A DNA stretch of 64,000 bases from Antedon mediterranea (lineage: Eukaryota > Animalia > Echinodermata): assembly GCF_964355755.1 (NCBI RefSeq), contig NC_092674.1, positions 27,094,001 through 27,158,000 on the forward strand. Direction: 5' to 3'. The notes under the pieces were generated by a model. The model was not told the origin of the DNA. It did not search any database and saw only the letters and a list, made by a program, of their open reading frames with translations. Shown in pieces: positions 11,701 through 22,034 of the stretch (the stretch's first letter is position 1; each line of letters opens with the position of its first letter). Position numbers and translations under genes: made by a program.

Positions 11701-14700
11701 GTGTCTTCAAGCTTAACTTATCAAAATAATTCACAAGATTGTACATCAGACACTATACGAGTTATTAACAAGCATGAAATGTCTAACCTGGAGCTTTGAC
11801 CGTTTCAGAGCCTATCCTGGCAGCCATACTCAAAGAGTCCTTCCCACCATCCACAGCAACACCCAACTTGCCCATCACCTCGCACATAGCCTCGCATGCA
11901 TCATACAATGCAGCACCCTCACCAGGAAGCTTCGCTGGCCACATCCAGTTACCGCTACATTTGACATCTTTAAGATCGGAGACTCTAGCAAACACAAGAT
12001 TGGTGAGGGCTTCTCCTACAGACATTCTGGCACCACAGCCAGGATCGACTAACCCTTTAATAGGCTGCTCTCCAATAGCTGTAGCTGAGCCTACAGTTTC
12101 AAAGTGGGAGAGTGCGGTAACAGCAACATCAGCGAGTGGTGTGTGCAGGGGGCCTACACATTGCTGCTGGGCTATCAGGCCAGTGACAGCACGATCAACC
12201 TAACAGAAACAATGTATCCTGGTTATACACTTTCCATATTCCTTCACACAAATAAGTTATGCAATATTAAAGATAAACAGATCTTTACCTTATTAGTCAA
12301 AAATCTTTTACTGGCTACTGAGGGTAGACGCAATACACGGTTGAGTGCACATCGGACAGTCAAACCATCAGGTAGTGTTAACTGCTTAAGTTTTGGTTTA
12401 CATCGATCATACTTGAAAACCTGAAAAGAAAAAAAAAGATAATTCTATATAATTTTACAGACAGAAAGAGAAAGAGACACTATTATTATAACACATAATT
12501 ATTTTCAATGGTTATTGATGAAATCTGTGAGATTGAGAAAAAGCGACCTCAGCTGAGATTTGAACCTGGAATCTTCTGCTTGATATGCAGACATCCTACC
12601 ATTACACCACTGATGCATTCATGGTATGGTTCGAACTTATTACCGACACTACTCTACCATCAAGTCTCCATCATACCTTTTGCGGCATCTTTCCAAGAAC
12701 CCATTCAAGTTGGAGATCAACTGGATAAGTAAGTGCTGTTCTTTTTTTGCTTGGAGGTTCTGCATCACCCTCACCAGCTTCCACTTTCTTTTCTACCTCA
12801 AGACGAATCTGAAAAAAAAAAAATATTTTTGTATTGCAAAACTCTTATGCACTCTATCTGTCCATGAAAAGGCATTCTTCAAAATTAGTAATACTGTAGT
12901 ATTTAAATGTGTTTTTTTCATACTTGAACTTGCCAATTACAGGATGGATAAACTATTTTATAGTTTATCGTGCTTATAAACCAAGTCTTATTTCAGGCTT
13001 ATGGAGTGAAGTTGAAAGAGTCGTGAGTTACAACCCTTGACCTTGATTGAACCCTGGACCTTGGAATTGGAAGGCAAGCATGTTAAACCACCAAGCAACA
13101 GCTCCACTAAAAGAATTTAAAATAAAGTAGGTAAAAAAATCATCCAAATATTACCTTCCCATCACCTGTAATGTCACCAACAAAAACAGCTGGACATTTC
13201 TCTCTGTCACAAATATCTTTAAGTTTTTCTTGATCCTCAGATCGTATTAGTATGGCATTGGACTCCTGGTATTCTGCACCCCATAGTTCTAAGGTGTTGA
13301 TGGTTGGATCACCTAGTTGGAATTCCTTAGCTTTTATTAGAGCACCTGCAGGTTCACATATCTCCTTTAAAACATTACCTGTACACAAAAAAATGATTTA
13401 ATTTGTCAGATGTTAGCCATAGTTTGACATAAAAATAAGTACATTTGTCTGACAAAGTTTCCCCTTAATAGGGATGTCCCAAATGACGGGTGCTACTGTA
13501 CTTAGTAAAATAATAAAAATAAGCACATTGCATGCAAACTCACCATTGCCTCCAGCTCCTTGATCATGTATACTACATATAGGGTTTGTATCACCCATCT
13601 CAATGCACGCCCTTATAACTCGGTTTAGTTTCTGTTCCATCTCCGCATCACCGCGCTGCACGGCTTCAAAGTCCAGTTTTTCTGTATTGTCACCTTGAAC
13701 TTGAATGGAAGATGCAGCACCCCCACCGACTCCGATGCGATAGATTGGTCCACCAAGTTTTACAATTTTCATTCCTGCATGGTAAACAATTATTCAGTCA
13801 ATAATTAGTTTTCAATGGAGAAATAAAAACCAAATATTTTATCAGGTTACTATAATCTTATTTTATATGACAGACATATAATATATATTTGGAGACAATA
13901 ATAATAAGAAGTACAGTATTTTTTATGGTGTTGTATTTAGTTTGTTTAACAAACCTTTTTCTGCTTCGTCTTTAGTCGCATGCATACTCTCAAGCATCCC
14001 AATACCCCCACTGAACATAATAGGCTTCACCCACTCTCTTCTGTCGCTCTCAGAAAGCATCATGCCAAATGAACGAGAGAAACCGGTTAGAACGGGTTCA
14101 CCAAACTTGTTGCCGTAGTCAGATGCACCATTGCTGGCCTCTACAGCAACCGACAGAGCAGGCGCCATGTTGCTAGGATAAACCATATTTTTGTCCTCCC
14201 ATGGAAGGTCATACCCTGTTTAAACAAATGTTCAATCAATGATAATAAATAATTAATTAAACTGAATATATAACGTTTATAAAAAGCAAAATTATGTAAA
14301 TAAGCACGCAATTATGCCTGTTCACTGCATGCGTTACTTAATATCTTTCATCCCATACTCTATTTATACATACATATAAGTGCCAGTAAATGAATATCTT
14401 TTAATTGTTAATGTTACTTTGCAAATCTTTGATAAGGTTTATCCTTTATATCTGTATATTTGTTATGTTTTATTTTCTTTTATATTTGTATTTATTTTGA
14501 TTTTTGAGCGAGGACAGTCTGACATCAATAAAAAAAAAAGGACTACAAAATCTGATTTTTAGATTTATATATTTTACCTGGAATGTTCAAATTTCCAAAA
14601 CAGTAGCCTGCAGTGCCAGCCACTACACGTGCCCCCTTCCCTGCAGCCTGAACATCACGTATCCTACCCCCAGTACCAGTTGTAGCCCCTGGGAAGGGTG

Positions 14701-17700
14701 CAACCCCAGTTGGAAAGTTATGGGTCTCTGCTGTGAAGATGATATGCCTGAGTGGTTCAGATTCCTCCATCACACTTGCTGACCCGGGATTGGCTGGTTT
14801 GAGAACTTTGACCTTATGGCCTTTGATTGCACTGAAAATCAAGTAAAGTTATCAAAGTGAGAAAAAACAGTATAGGTTCATTGACAACATTTAAAGCTCT
14901 GTCTACACTCAAACTAGTTTGACAAAAAATGTATTGTCCCCAAATATGGTAGTGATATGACATCATCATGTCCATATATGGGCACATCACATTTTTTACA
15001 TAAAAGTTGATAGTGTAGACAGAGCTTTAGGCAACACTTTGTGGTTCAACAAAATCTGAATAAATATCATTTACGATGGAAATTATGCCTGTAGTATTTT
15101 ATGGGCTATTTCATGACACCCTCTAAAACTAATAATGTCAGGTATAATGCCTAATTCTGTCCAGCACAACAAGATTTATATAAGAGTCATAGACACCATT
15201 CCAGTAAACTATATCGTGATTCGCTTTGGAAAATATGGATATAAAATATGAAAGCCACGTAAAATGTTAAGATACCTGCTGTTATCCGAGAATTTAATGA
15301 CGTTGTTATCATTGCTGGTAGCTTGCGTTGACATCACCATCTTGAATAAAGAATGATCTTTTTCTTCTCCATCGATTACCATCTTACCCTTAAAAAACCA
15401 ATGACGACTATGCTCACTAGAAAGAAGACAGAAAGCAAGAGAAAACCATTTGTAGGAATATTTTCAGGAATTTCTAAATACAGTAATGAAAGCTGAGAAA
15501 TGTTGCATAGATGAAAAGAATTTAAATAAAGAATGGTCTATGTCTTAGGAATATCCATGGTTACAGATACTATTTTACTTTATTTTAGGCTAGAAGGCAA
15601 ATAGACAATGCCACAATTGTTTTTCACCTGTTTTTTTTTTCAGGAGGTATATATTGAGGCAGATAGTTTCTTTGTTCTTTTTGACTGTTTTACTTCATTT
15701 ACTTTATTTTTACCTCATTTTGATTTAGCTATTTAGCATAGTCTATTTATATCTCTATCCAATCACTGATAAACTCACAGCATTGCAATATTTTCAATAA
15801 TTTAGGTTTGTATTAAATAAAGATATTACTTTTAAAAGACACTAAAGAATGTAAATAAATATTCATGACCATCATTCACAGATGGTAAACTTCATGCGAC
15901 TAAAACTAAAGTGCTTTGTACCTGTTAGACTGAGCCAAGTCAAAGAGTTCAACACTTGTCGGATTACGTTTAACCTTTTCAATAAACATGTTGGTGTAAA
16001 AGTCTAGATCCCACGCATCAAAGGCAAGTCCTGCAGTAAAAAAATAAAACAAAATGTTTACAATGAAATATTAATAATAGAAATCTTCATCTACCATTTA
16101 ACGGTCATGACGAACTTTGTTTTATAAATGCAGAAACAATGAATTCATAAATGAACAATTTATGCGCAGACAGCTTAAATAATTACTCCTCGGGTATAAT
16201 CCCATCCCCTACGTTATGACTGATTTCAGGCATATCCCTGGGTATAGTCCTAGTATTGGCTTTTGGTCTGGATGTAGACCTCTCTCTATCTAGGTCAGAT
16301 GAGTTTGTACAAGAAATGTATACCAATAATTTTTTTCATGAAACAGGTTTTCCCGGGTATAGTCCACCTATTCCACTAAGTTTTGTGCTCTCAGGGGTGG
16401 GATTATACCAGATAATATGCGGTACAATCATACAGTTATACTGACTGGTTACTGGAATACATTTAAAAGAATAGGAAATCATGGTGGACTTTAAGGTAAT
16501 GTAATCTTAATAATGTAATGGTGTACCGTATCTAAGTTATCAGTATTAATTTTAAAGCTAAGTTAATAAATAGACACAAGCAGAAATAGGATTCACAAAA
16601 AACAGTAAGTTTAAAGGTCAGAGTTCATCTATACATGGGAACACGAATCACAAAAACAAACATAATTACAATCACCTAATTCTTTGTTTGCCTTTTCCAG
16701 AGCAACTTTCCCTTCACCTATAACATCAATTTCAAAGACTTCTTCTGGTTTAGCTTTAATTTCAAAGCTGCTGATTGGTTCGTGGTAGCGACATTCCGTC
16801 ATACGATCGTGAAGTACAGCTACCAGTAGTTTCTCTTCTTTGGGGCTGATAGACGCACGAATGCCATCCTTGTCGGCTACGTTTATAAGATAGCGAATAG
16901 AACGCTCAATACGCGTCACATGGTTGATTCCAGCCGATTGGCAGATTGAGACAGCATTTGTTGACCAAGCTGTAGAGAAGTTCAACCTGTGTGTAAAAAA
17001 ATTCAATTTATTATTTCATATACAGTAAATAGTGTAATGTAATTCCCATGATATTAGGGAGGTTTCGCAACCTTACGAATACGATAACGAAAACAGATAC
17101 GTCATACATTTGTGAAACTTTTGAGCTGATCCCCATTTCATATTCGTAAAGCGTATTCGTGTTGACGAATATCACCAGTCATATTCGTAACTACAAAACG
17201 AGTATAGTTTTTGATCTATTTTACATTTGAATTAGGAATGATTCGCGATTATAATATAATTATAGATTTATTGAAAGTAATTTACTAAAGTAATTTACTA
17301 AAATGCCAGGTCAATTTTGATAAATAGCAGTTGTTAAAGTCCTCACTCGCTTTAATGTTACGCTAGGCTTAGGCAGCCAAGCACCAAGAAACACGTACCT
17401 GCGCTTCGCTCAAATTTACCGCAGTCATATTTTGGACGCGCCTCAATATTTCGTTGCCATGCGAAACAGATTTTTTTATGGCTTACGAAAACGAATACGT
17501 GTGCGTGACGTATCCGTTTTCGTTATCGTATTCGTAAGATTGCGAAACCTCTCTATTAAATATACAGCAACATCAGCCATGCATTTTCTTGAACACAAAC
17601 TTTGGAAGTTGACATTGCAAATGACAGTGGATTAGCTTTATTCTTAATTAAATTAAATTTATGCCTATTACCTTATTCAACAAAAAATTATGACTTTTAC

Positions 17701-18694
17701 TTTCTCAGATATTACCTATCGAATAACAAAACATACAGTATTATCTATTACTTATTCTCATACCAACAGTATTTGTTAATTAAAAAACCTTTTCTGACCT
17801 AGGCCCAATTTCAATCAGAAGTCCATCAGGTTCTTGACCGTCTTCAACTATGATTGACTTGGTCAGTAGGCTAAATTCTTCAAAAGGGGTACCTAAGATC
17901 CATTGTATCTTCTTTTGTTCATCACCACTGAGGTAATCTATGAAATTAATATACAGTTTAATTGACTTTTTAAAAAATAATATACTGTAGTTGGTTGGGA
18001 AAACTTTTTTTTCTAGCTGCTGCTCTAGCCAGGTACGTCCCATAAAAGGACTACTCATTCAGAAGCTAAAGCAAGCAGCAGTTATAGTATCTAAGGCCGA
18101 CAGTTTTGTGACTTTGTAAACTCTACTATAATGTATAGATCCCAGCTGCTGGACCCAAAAAAACATCTGGAAAAAGAGAGTCTATGAGGGCTCACGGTTG
18201 AACAATTTTGGATTCTCGCCCTTTGATTGGTTGACCCGAATCAACAGACTGGAAAGATTTTCTCACTTGTACCACCGTGAAGTCACGTTGTCTCTAGAGG
18301 GTATTCAGTTGTATGCCAATAGGTTGAGGTCACACACAGCACATTAAAGTTAAAAATTGACTGAATGAATGAATCATAATTAAAAAACTATCTTTGATTT
18401 GTATGTATTTTTGCGATTAAAGGATACCTTTTTAATAATTAATCATAATATATCTGAAGAACAATTTTTTATTTTAGAATGTCGAGCAGCGTTCTTTGTA
18501 AGAAATATTTCTTGTTTAAATTAGAAAGGAAGTGTACTGTACCTACCTCCGTTAACAGCCACGTTAAAACAAATTTCTGTTTTTAAATCTTGCAATTTAG
18601 AAATTTCCAACTGCTTGGCTAATTTCTTCCACAAAACATTTGAAGCCCCTGGGAGTAATGCCGGACTTTTATAAAAGCGAGTAATGATAGTCAT
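8710..18694 (-). CDS. PFAS: Phosphoribosylformylglycinamidine synthase (FGAM synthase, large PurL), ~21 coding exons
   Basis: Start [11 protein letters not shown] at 18694; motifs [95 protein letters not shown] (glutaminase Cys), MPHPER (His/Glu of the triad); stop at 8710. Confidence 0.98.
9652..9835. repeat. 184-bp near-perfect palindrome in a PFAS intron; probable inverted Penelope-like pLTR fragments
   Basis: Arms 9652-9741 and 9746-9835 are reverse complements around TGCT; each arm contains CTGAAGAAGTC...GACGAAACTGTC. Confidence 0.9.
9700..9744 (-). ncRNA. Putative minimal type I hammerhead ribozyme motif (Penelope-type)
   Basis: Minus strand reads GCAA-CTGAAGA-A-GTC(aagctgacagcta)GAC-GAAAC-T-GTC-TTGC: stem I GCAA/TTGC, core CUGANGA, stem II GTC/GAC, GAAA, very short stem III, GUC triplet. 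Confidence 0.5.
11065..11222. mobile_element. Small MITE family X, copy 1 (PFAS intron)
   Basis: Inverted termini AAGCTCTGTCTACACTATCAAACT / AGTTTGATAGTGTAGACAGCGCTT with TA(A) flanks; related copies at 14894, 26894 and 59629. Superfamily uncertain (PIF/Harbinger-like). Confidence 0.85.
12546..12616 (-). pseudogene. tRNA-like pseudogene or SINE head in a PFAS intron
   Basis: Minus strand GCATCAGTGGTGTAATGGTAGGATGTCTGC-ATATCAA-GCAGAAGATTCCAGGTTCAAATCTCAGCTGAGGT has A box, B box and an intact anticodon stem, but mismatched acceptor and T stems. Confidence 0.6.
13037..13107 (-). mobile_element. Degenerate tRNA(Gly)-like SINE head
   Basis: Minus strand GGAGCTGTTGCTTGGTGGTTTAACATGCTTGCCTTCCAATTCCAAGGTCCAGGGTTCAATC: A/B-box-like motifs and a GCCTTCCAA anticodon arm. 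Confidence 0.45.
14894..15027. mobile_element. MITE family X, copy 2
   Basis: AAGCTCTGTCTACACTCAAACT ... AGTTGATAGTGTAGACAGAGCTT; interior (CCATATATGG, ACATCACATTTTT) shared with 11065-11222. Confidence 0.85.
16191..16411. mobile_element. Degenerate MITE-like element
   Basis: GGTATAATCCCATCCCCT at the left and AGGGGTGGGATTATACC at the right are inverted; internal GGGTATAGTCC repeats. No clear TSD. Confidence 0.45.
17056..17554. mobile_element. 499-bp MITE with ~48-bp TIRs and ATT target-site duplication (PHIS group, Pangu/Harbinger-like)
   Basis: AGGGAGGTTTCGCAACCTTACGAATACGATAACGAAAACAGATACGTCA ... TGACGTATCCGTTTTCGTTATCGTATTCGTAAGATTGCGAAACCTCTCT; ATT at 17053-17055 and 17555-17557. Confidence 0.88.
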
Positions 18695-18832
18695 ATTCTT
18701 TAAAAAAAATAAATTATATCTATATTTTAATATTATTATTATTAATTAATTTTTACACTAGTCTATTTATGACTTAATAATCATTTTTCTTTCTATATTA
18801 TATAATAATGCACTTGCACTGATAGTGCACTT

Positions 18833-18873
18833 GCACTGATGAAGGGCTAAGTGTTGTTGCCCGAAAGCTCTGC
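18833..18873 (+). ncRNA. Putative minimal type I hammerhead ribozyme motif at the start of a probable Penelope-like pLTR relic (to ~18995)
   Basis: GCA-CTGATGA-A-GGGC(taagtgttgtt)GCCC-GAAA-GCTC-TGC: stem I GCA/TGC, 4-bp stem II, self-complementary AGCT stem III, UC cleavage site; followed by a T-rich tract. Confidence 0.6.
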
Positions 18874-19382
18874 TAACTTTTCTGGCTGTTTACTTTATCG
18901 TTTTGATTTAGCTTTTCACTTTTTTTTTTGTATCTCCATTGAGATCCAGCCACTGATACCCACAGCATTGTAATTTTTTTGCCTTTGGATTTATATAATA
19001 AAATAGGCTATATATTTATATGTAATGTAACTCGGAGTTTACGTCAAAAATCATACGCCTACTTTTATTTGTATTTGTTATGATTCCCCGAATCCCGCAC
19101 TTCCTTAGTTCATTTCCAGTTAGTTGATTAACTCAAATAAGGGCCTAGCTAGGCCATTATTAGTTAGGCCTAGTCTACTCTACTACTAGAGTACTACTCT
19201 AGTACGACCTAGAACCTAGGGCTAGGCCTAGCCTACTACTAGCCTTACTAGACTAACTAAAATTGTGTGTGGCGCCTATCATTTTAGTCATCAGAAAAAG
19301 CACCAAATAAAAAAACAGATACACAGTATGTAATAAATGATATATCAATATTTTAACACAAACAAAAATGAAACCAACTTAC

Positions 19383-19480
19383 AATCTGATTAGAACGGGG
19401 GCTAAGCTTTCAAACAAATAAATACTGTCTTTACTACTACACTACACTCTTCCCGCGAGCGTAAACATTTATTTAATCCA
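19383..19480 (-). other. Probable non-coding first exon of PFAS (5' limit approximate)
   Basis: GTAAGT donor on the minus strand at 19377-19382, and a T-rich AG acceptor at 18698-18699, 3 nt before the ATG. Confidence 0.5.
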
Positions 19481-20374
19481 CCACATGTGTTCGGTTACGG
19501 TCTGATGATTTTGAAGAGCGCCACCAATAATTTAGCAAGTGTGTCAAAAGGTGGATACGAAGAAATGATATAATCGCATAATAATAAATATTATAATCGA
19601 AAGAAGAAATGATACATTTATTCTATAATATCATTCGCAGCAAAAACACTTTACACAATCACGATTATTCTCTCATTTAAAATCATGAACGACGCGATTT
19701 GCGTAACAAATTAATTCCGCCACTCAAGTTGATTTTGATTAAAAGTGACTAGTATCTTAATGTGCTCCAAATAACATATGTTATCCCAGACAGATAAGAG
19801 TTTGTAAACCAATTGAATATTTTCATAATGACAGTAAATATGAAAATGTGTGTTTATCACAGTGTGCATATTCATTCTATGAAACAGTATTAACTGTAAA
19901 CAAACTATTTACCCCAAGTAGCCATACACCAAAAACAAATGTAAAACAATACCCACCACAATATACAATGAATGAATTGTCCAATTTCACTCTGAATCTA
20001 ACTCTGAACAAAGCAAAAGTAAGATGACTTAAATTCACTCACTACTATGTCTGACGCCATGATAAATAGACCTAAACCAGAGAGTTTGTATAAATGAAAA
20101 TCCTTGAAATAAACTCTTCTCCCCGATTTATCGGATCGCCTAAAGAAACAATTGAAAGTCCCGGTGATGGTGGTATGTTGTGCACCGAATATTCAAATTA
20201 GTATTCTATGAGCACAATATGATTGGCTAAAATTCCAATTCTAAAAAAACCTCTCGTCTCTCTCATCTCATTTCTTTTACCGTTGAAATTTAGTGTAGAA
20301 AACCTATAATGGAAAGGTATAACATGGCAGTATTAGTAAAGCGCCTTTTTTTAGTTTTCATTAGAGGTTATTAA

Positions 20375-20611
20375 AGCTTGGTTCCCATTAGAACGTAACG
20401 CAAGGACGTAAACGCAACGCAAGCATTTTAACCAATGACAAACGAAGTTATGACAGTAAACCGTGGTTCCCACTAGCGACGCAACGCAAGGACGTAACGC
20501 AACGCAAGTGAATTGACCAATCACAAGCGATGGCTTATTCGCTTGTGATTACGTCGCGTTGCGTCGCGTTGCGTTACGTCCTTGTGTTGCGTCGCTAGTG
20601 GGAACCAAGCT
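20375..20611. mobile_element. PIF/Harbinger-like MITE (20460-20611, TAA TSD) preceded by the left half of a related element (20375-20456)
   Basis: TGGTTCCCACTAGCGACGCAACGCAAGGACGTAACGCAACGC / GCGTTGCGTTACGTCCTTGTGTTGCGTCGCTAGTGGGAACCA; TAA on both sides. Confidence 0.85.
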
Positions 20612-22034
20612 TAAGCAATTTTAGTTTCGTTCCATATTCCGTATTCATATTTATTTTTTTCATTTATTGAACAATTTAAGTGTATTTTGTTTCATTATTA
20701 TTATTATTACGGTCGACCGTGTCTATAGACAATGATTAATTTGACAAAACTTTGACACTCTCTCAACGTGAAAAAATGAAATCGGGAGTTGTCCAAACTA
20801 TAGAGGACACTATAACCTTTTGAAAAATATACCAAACCATAGGAGGCGCTATGCATCAGTGATAGTACTGTTTGTGTTCTATTCTGTAGAGCCTAGTACC
20901 GTATGAATAAATTAAAATTTGTTACAGGAATCATCATTTTTTGTTTATCTAAAAAATAGGGAGAAATTGCATTTTAGCTGGAGATGACAAAATATATACA
21001 GTATGGGGAGATATCGGAAGACTTTCGCGATTTCATCTTGGCCTACCCACCATGCAGGACTTCATACAAATATTCATAATTAATATTAATAAAAGCAAGA
21101 CATATTCTGATTCACTACACCCTGAGATTGCATTTATTTTTATCAAAATTTACAGCCAATTTTAGAAAGCTCAAGCATCTATTATTTCAGGAATAAAAAA
21201 AAAGAAAACTACAATTTTAAAAGTTTTGTAGTAAATGTGACGTCAATTAATGTACATTTTAATATAGTGTCCAAGTTTACAAATATTGTATAAAATATTG
21301 TACAACATTAAGTGCTATGCTTGTATTAAAGGCTATATGTATGTAGGGGTCACAACACTGAAATACATAACACAATACTGTCACACACACAACTATTGTG
21401 TATGACATCTATTGGCAACACTCTAAACATGTTATTAAATATCACACAATGTAGGTAAACATTTTCTAAAAGAGTTTGTATACTGTTCATATCATTATTA
21501 AAAAGCCATATAACAACATAGTATAATATTTGACATAGTGTTTAAAACGGTAATTTAATTACGTACTAATTAATGTTGAGATAAGAGATAATTAATGCTG
21601 TAACATGATGATGTAACAGCATGATACCTGACATTTTTGTGTGCTTTAAAATTAAACAAAAATATACTGGAAATCCAATTATCCAGTTAATAAAACTGAT
21701 ATTCTATATGATTAGGTATTTAGTGTGATTCATTCAACAAATATGTAATGTCAGCCTAGTAGCAACTCTATGCCTGTATGACATAGCATAAAAGTTTTTA
21801 ATGCAAACTACATGATCTATGTTATTGTATTAATCTCTGCAACGTTTTTCAAATGAGAGAGTCACAATAAATTCTAAAAACCAAATCTAAATAGATCTCA
21901 TAAATTATTTAACATTGCAATCCGTAAAAAATAATTCAGAACCGTTTTTGACAATGCTCTATTTTTGAAATAACATAGCTGCATATTTTGGAACAAAAGT
22001 GTTCTTCCCGCCTTAATGTTTGAATGTTTTTTTT

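Noticed and set aside
17940-18345. GC-richer block in a PFAS intron and the [10 protein letters not shown] extension of ORF 17780-18058
   Set aside because: No recognisable snoRNA boxes, TIRs or homology; PFAS splices across it. May be an old repeat but cannot be supported.
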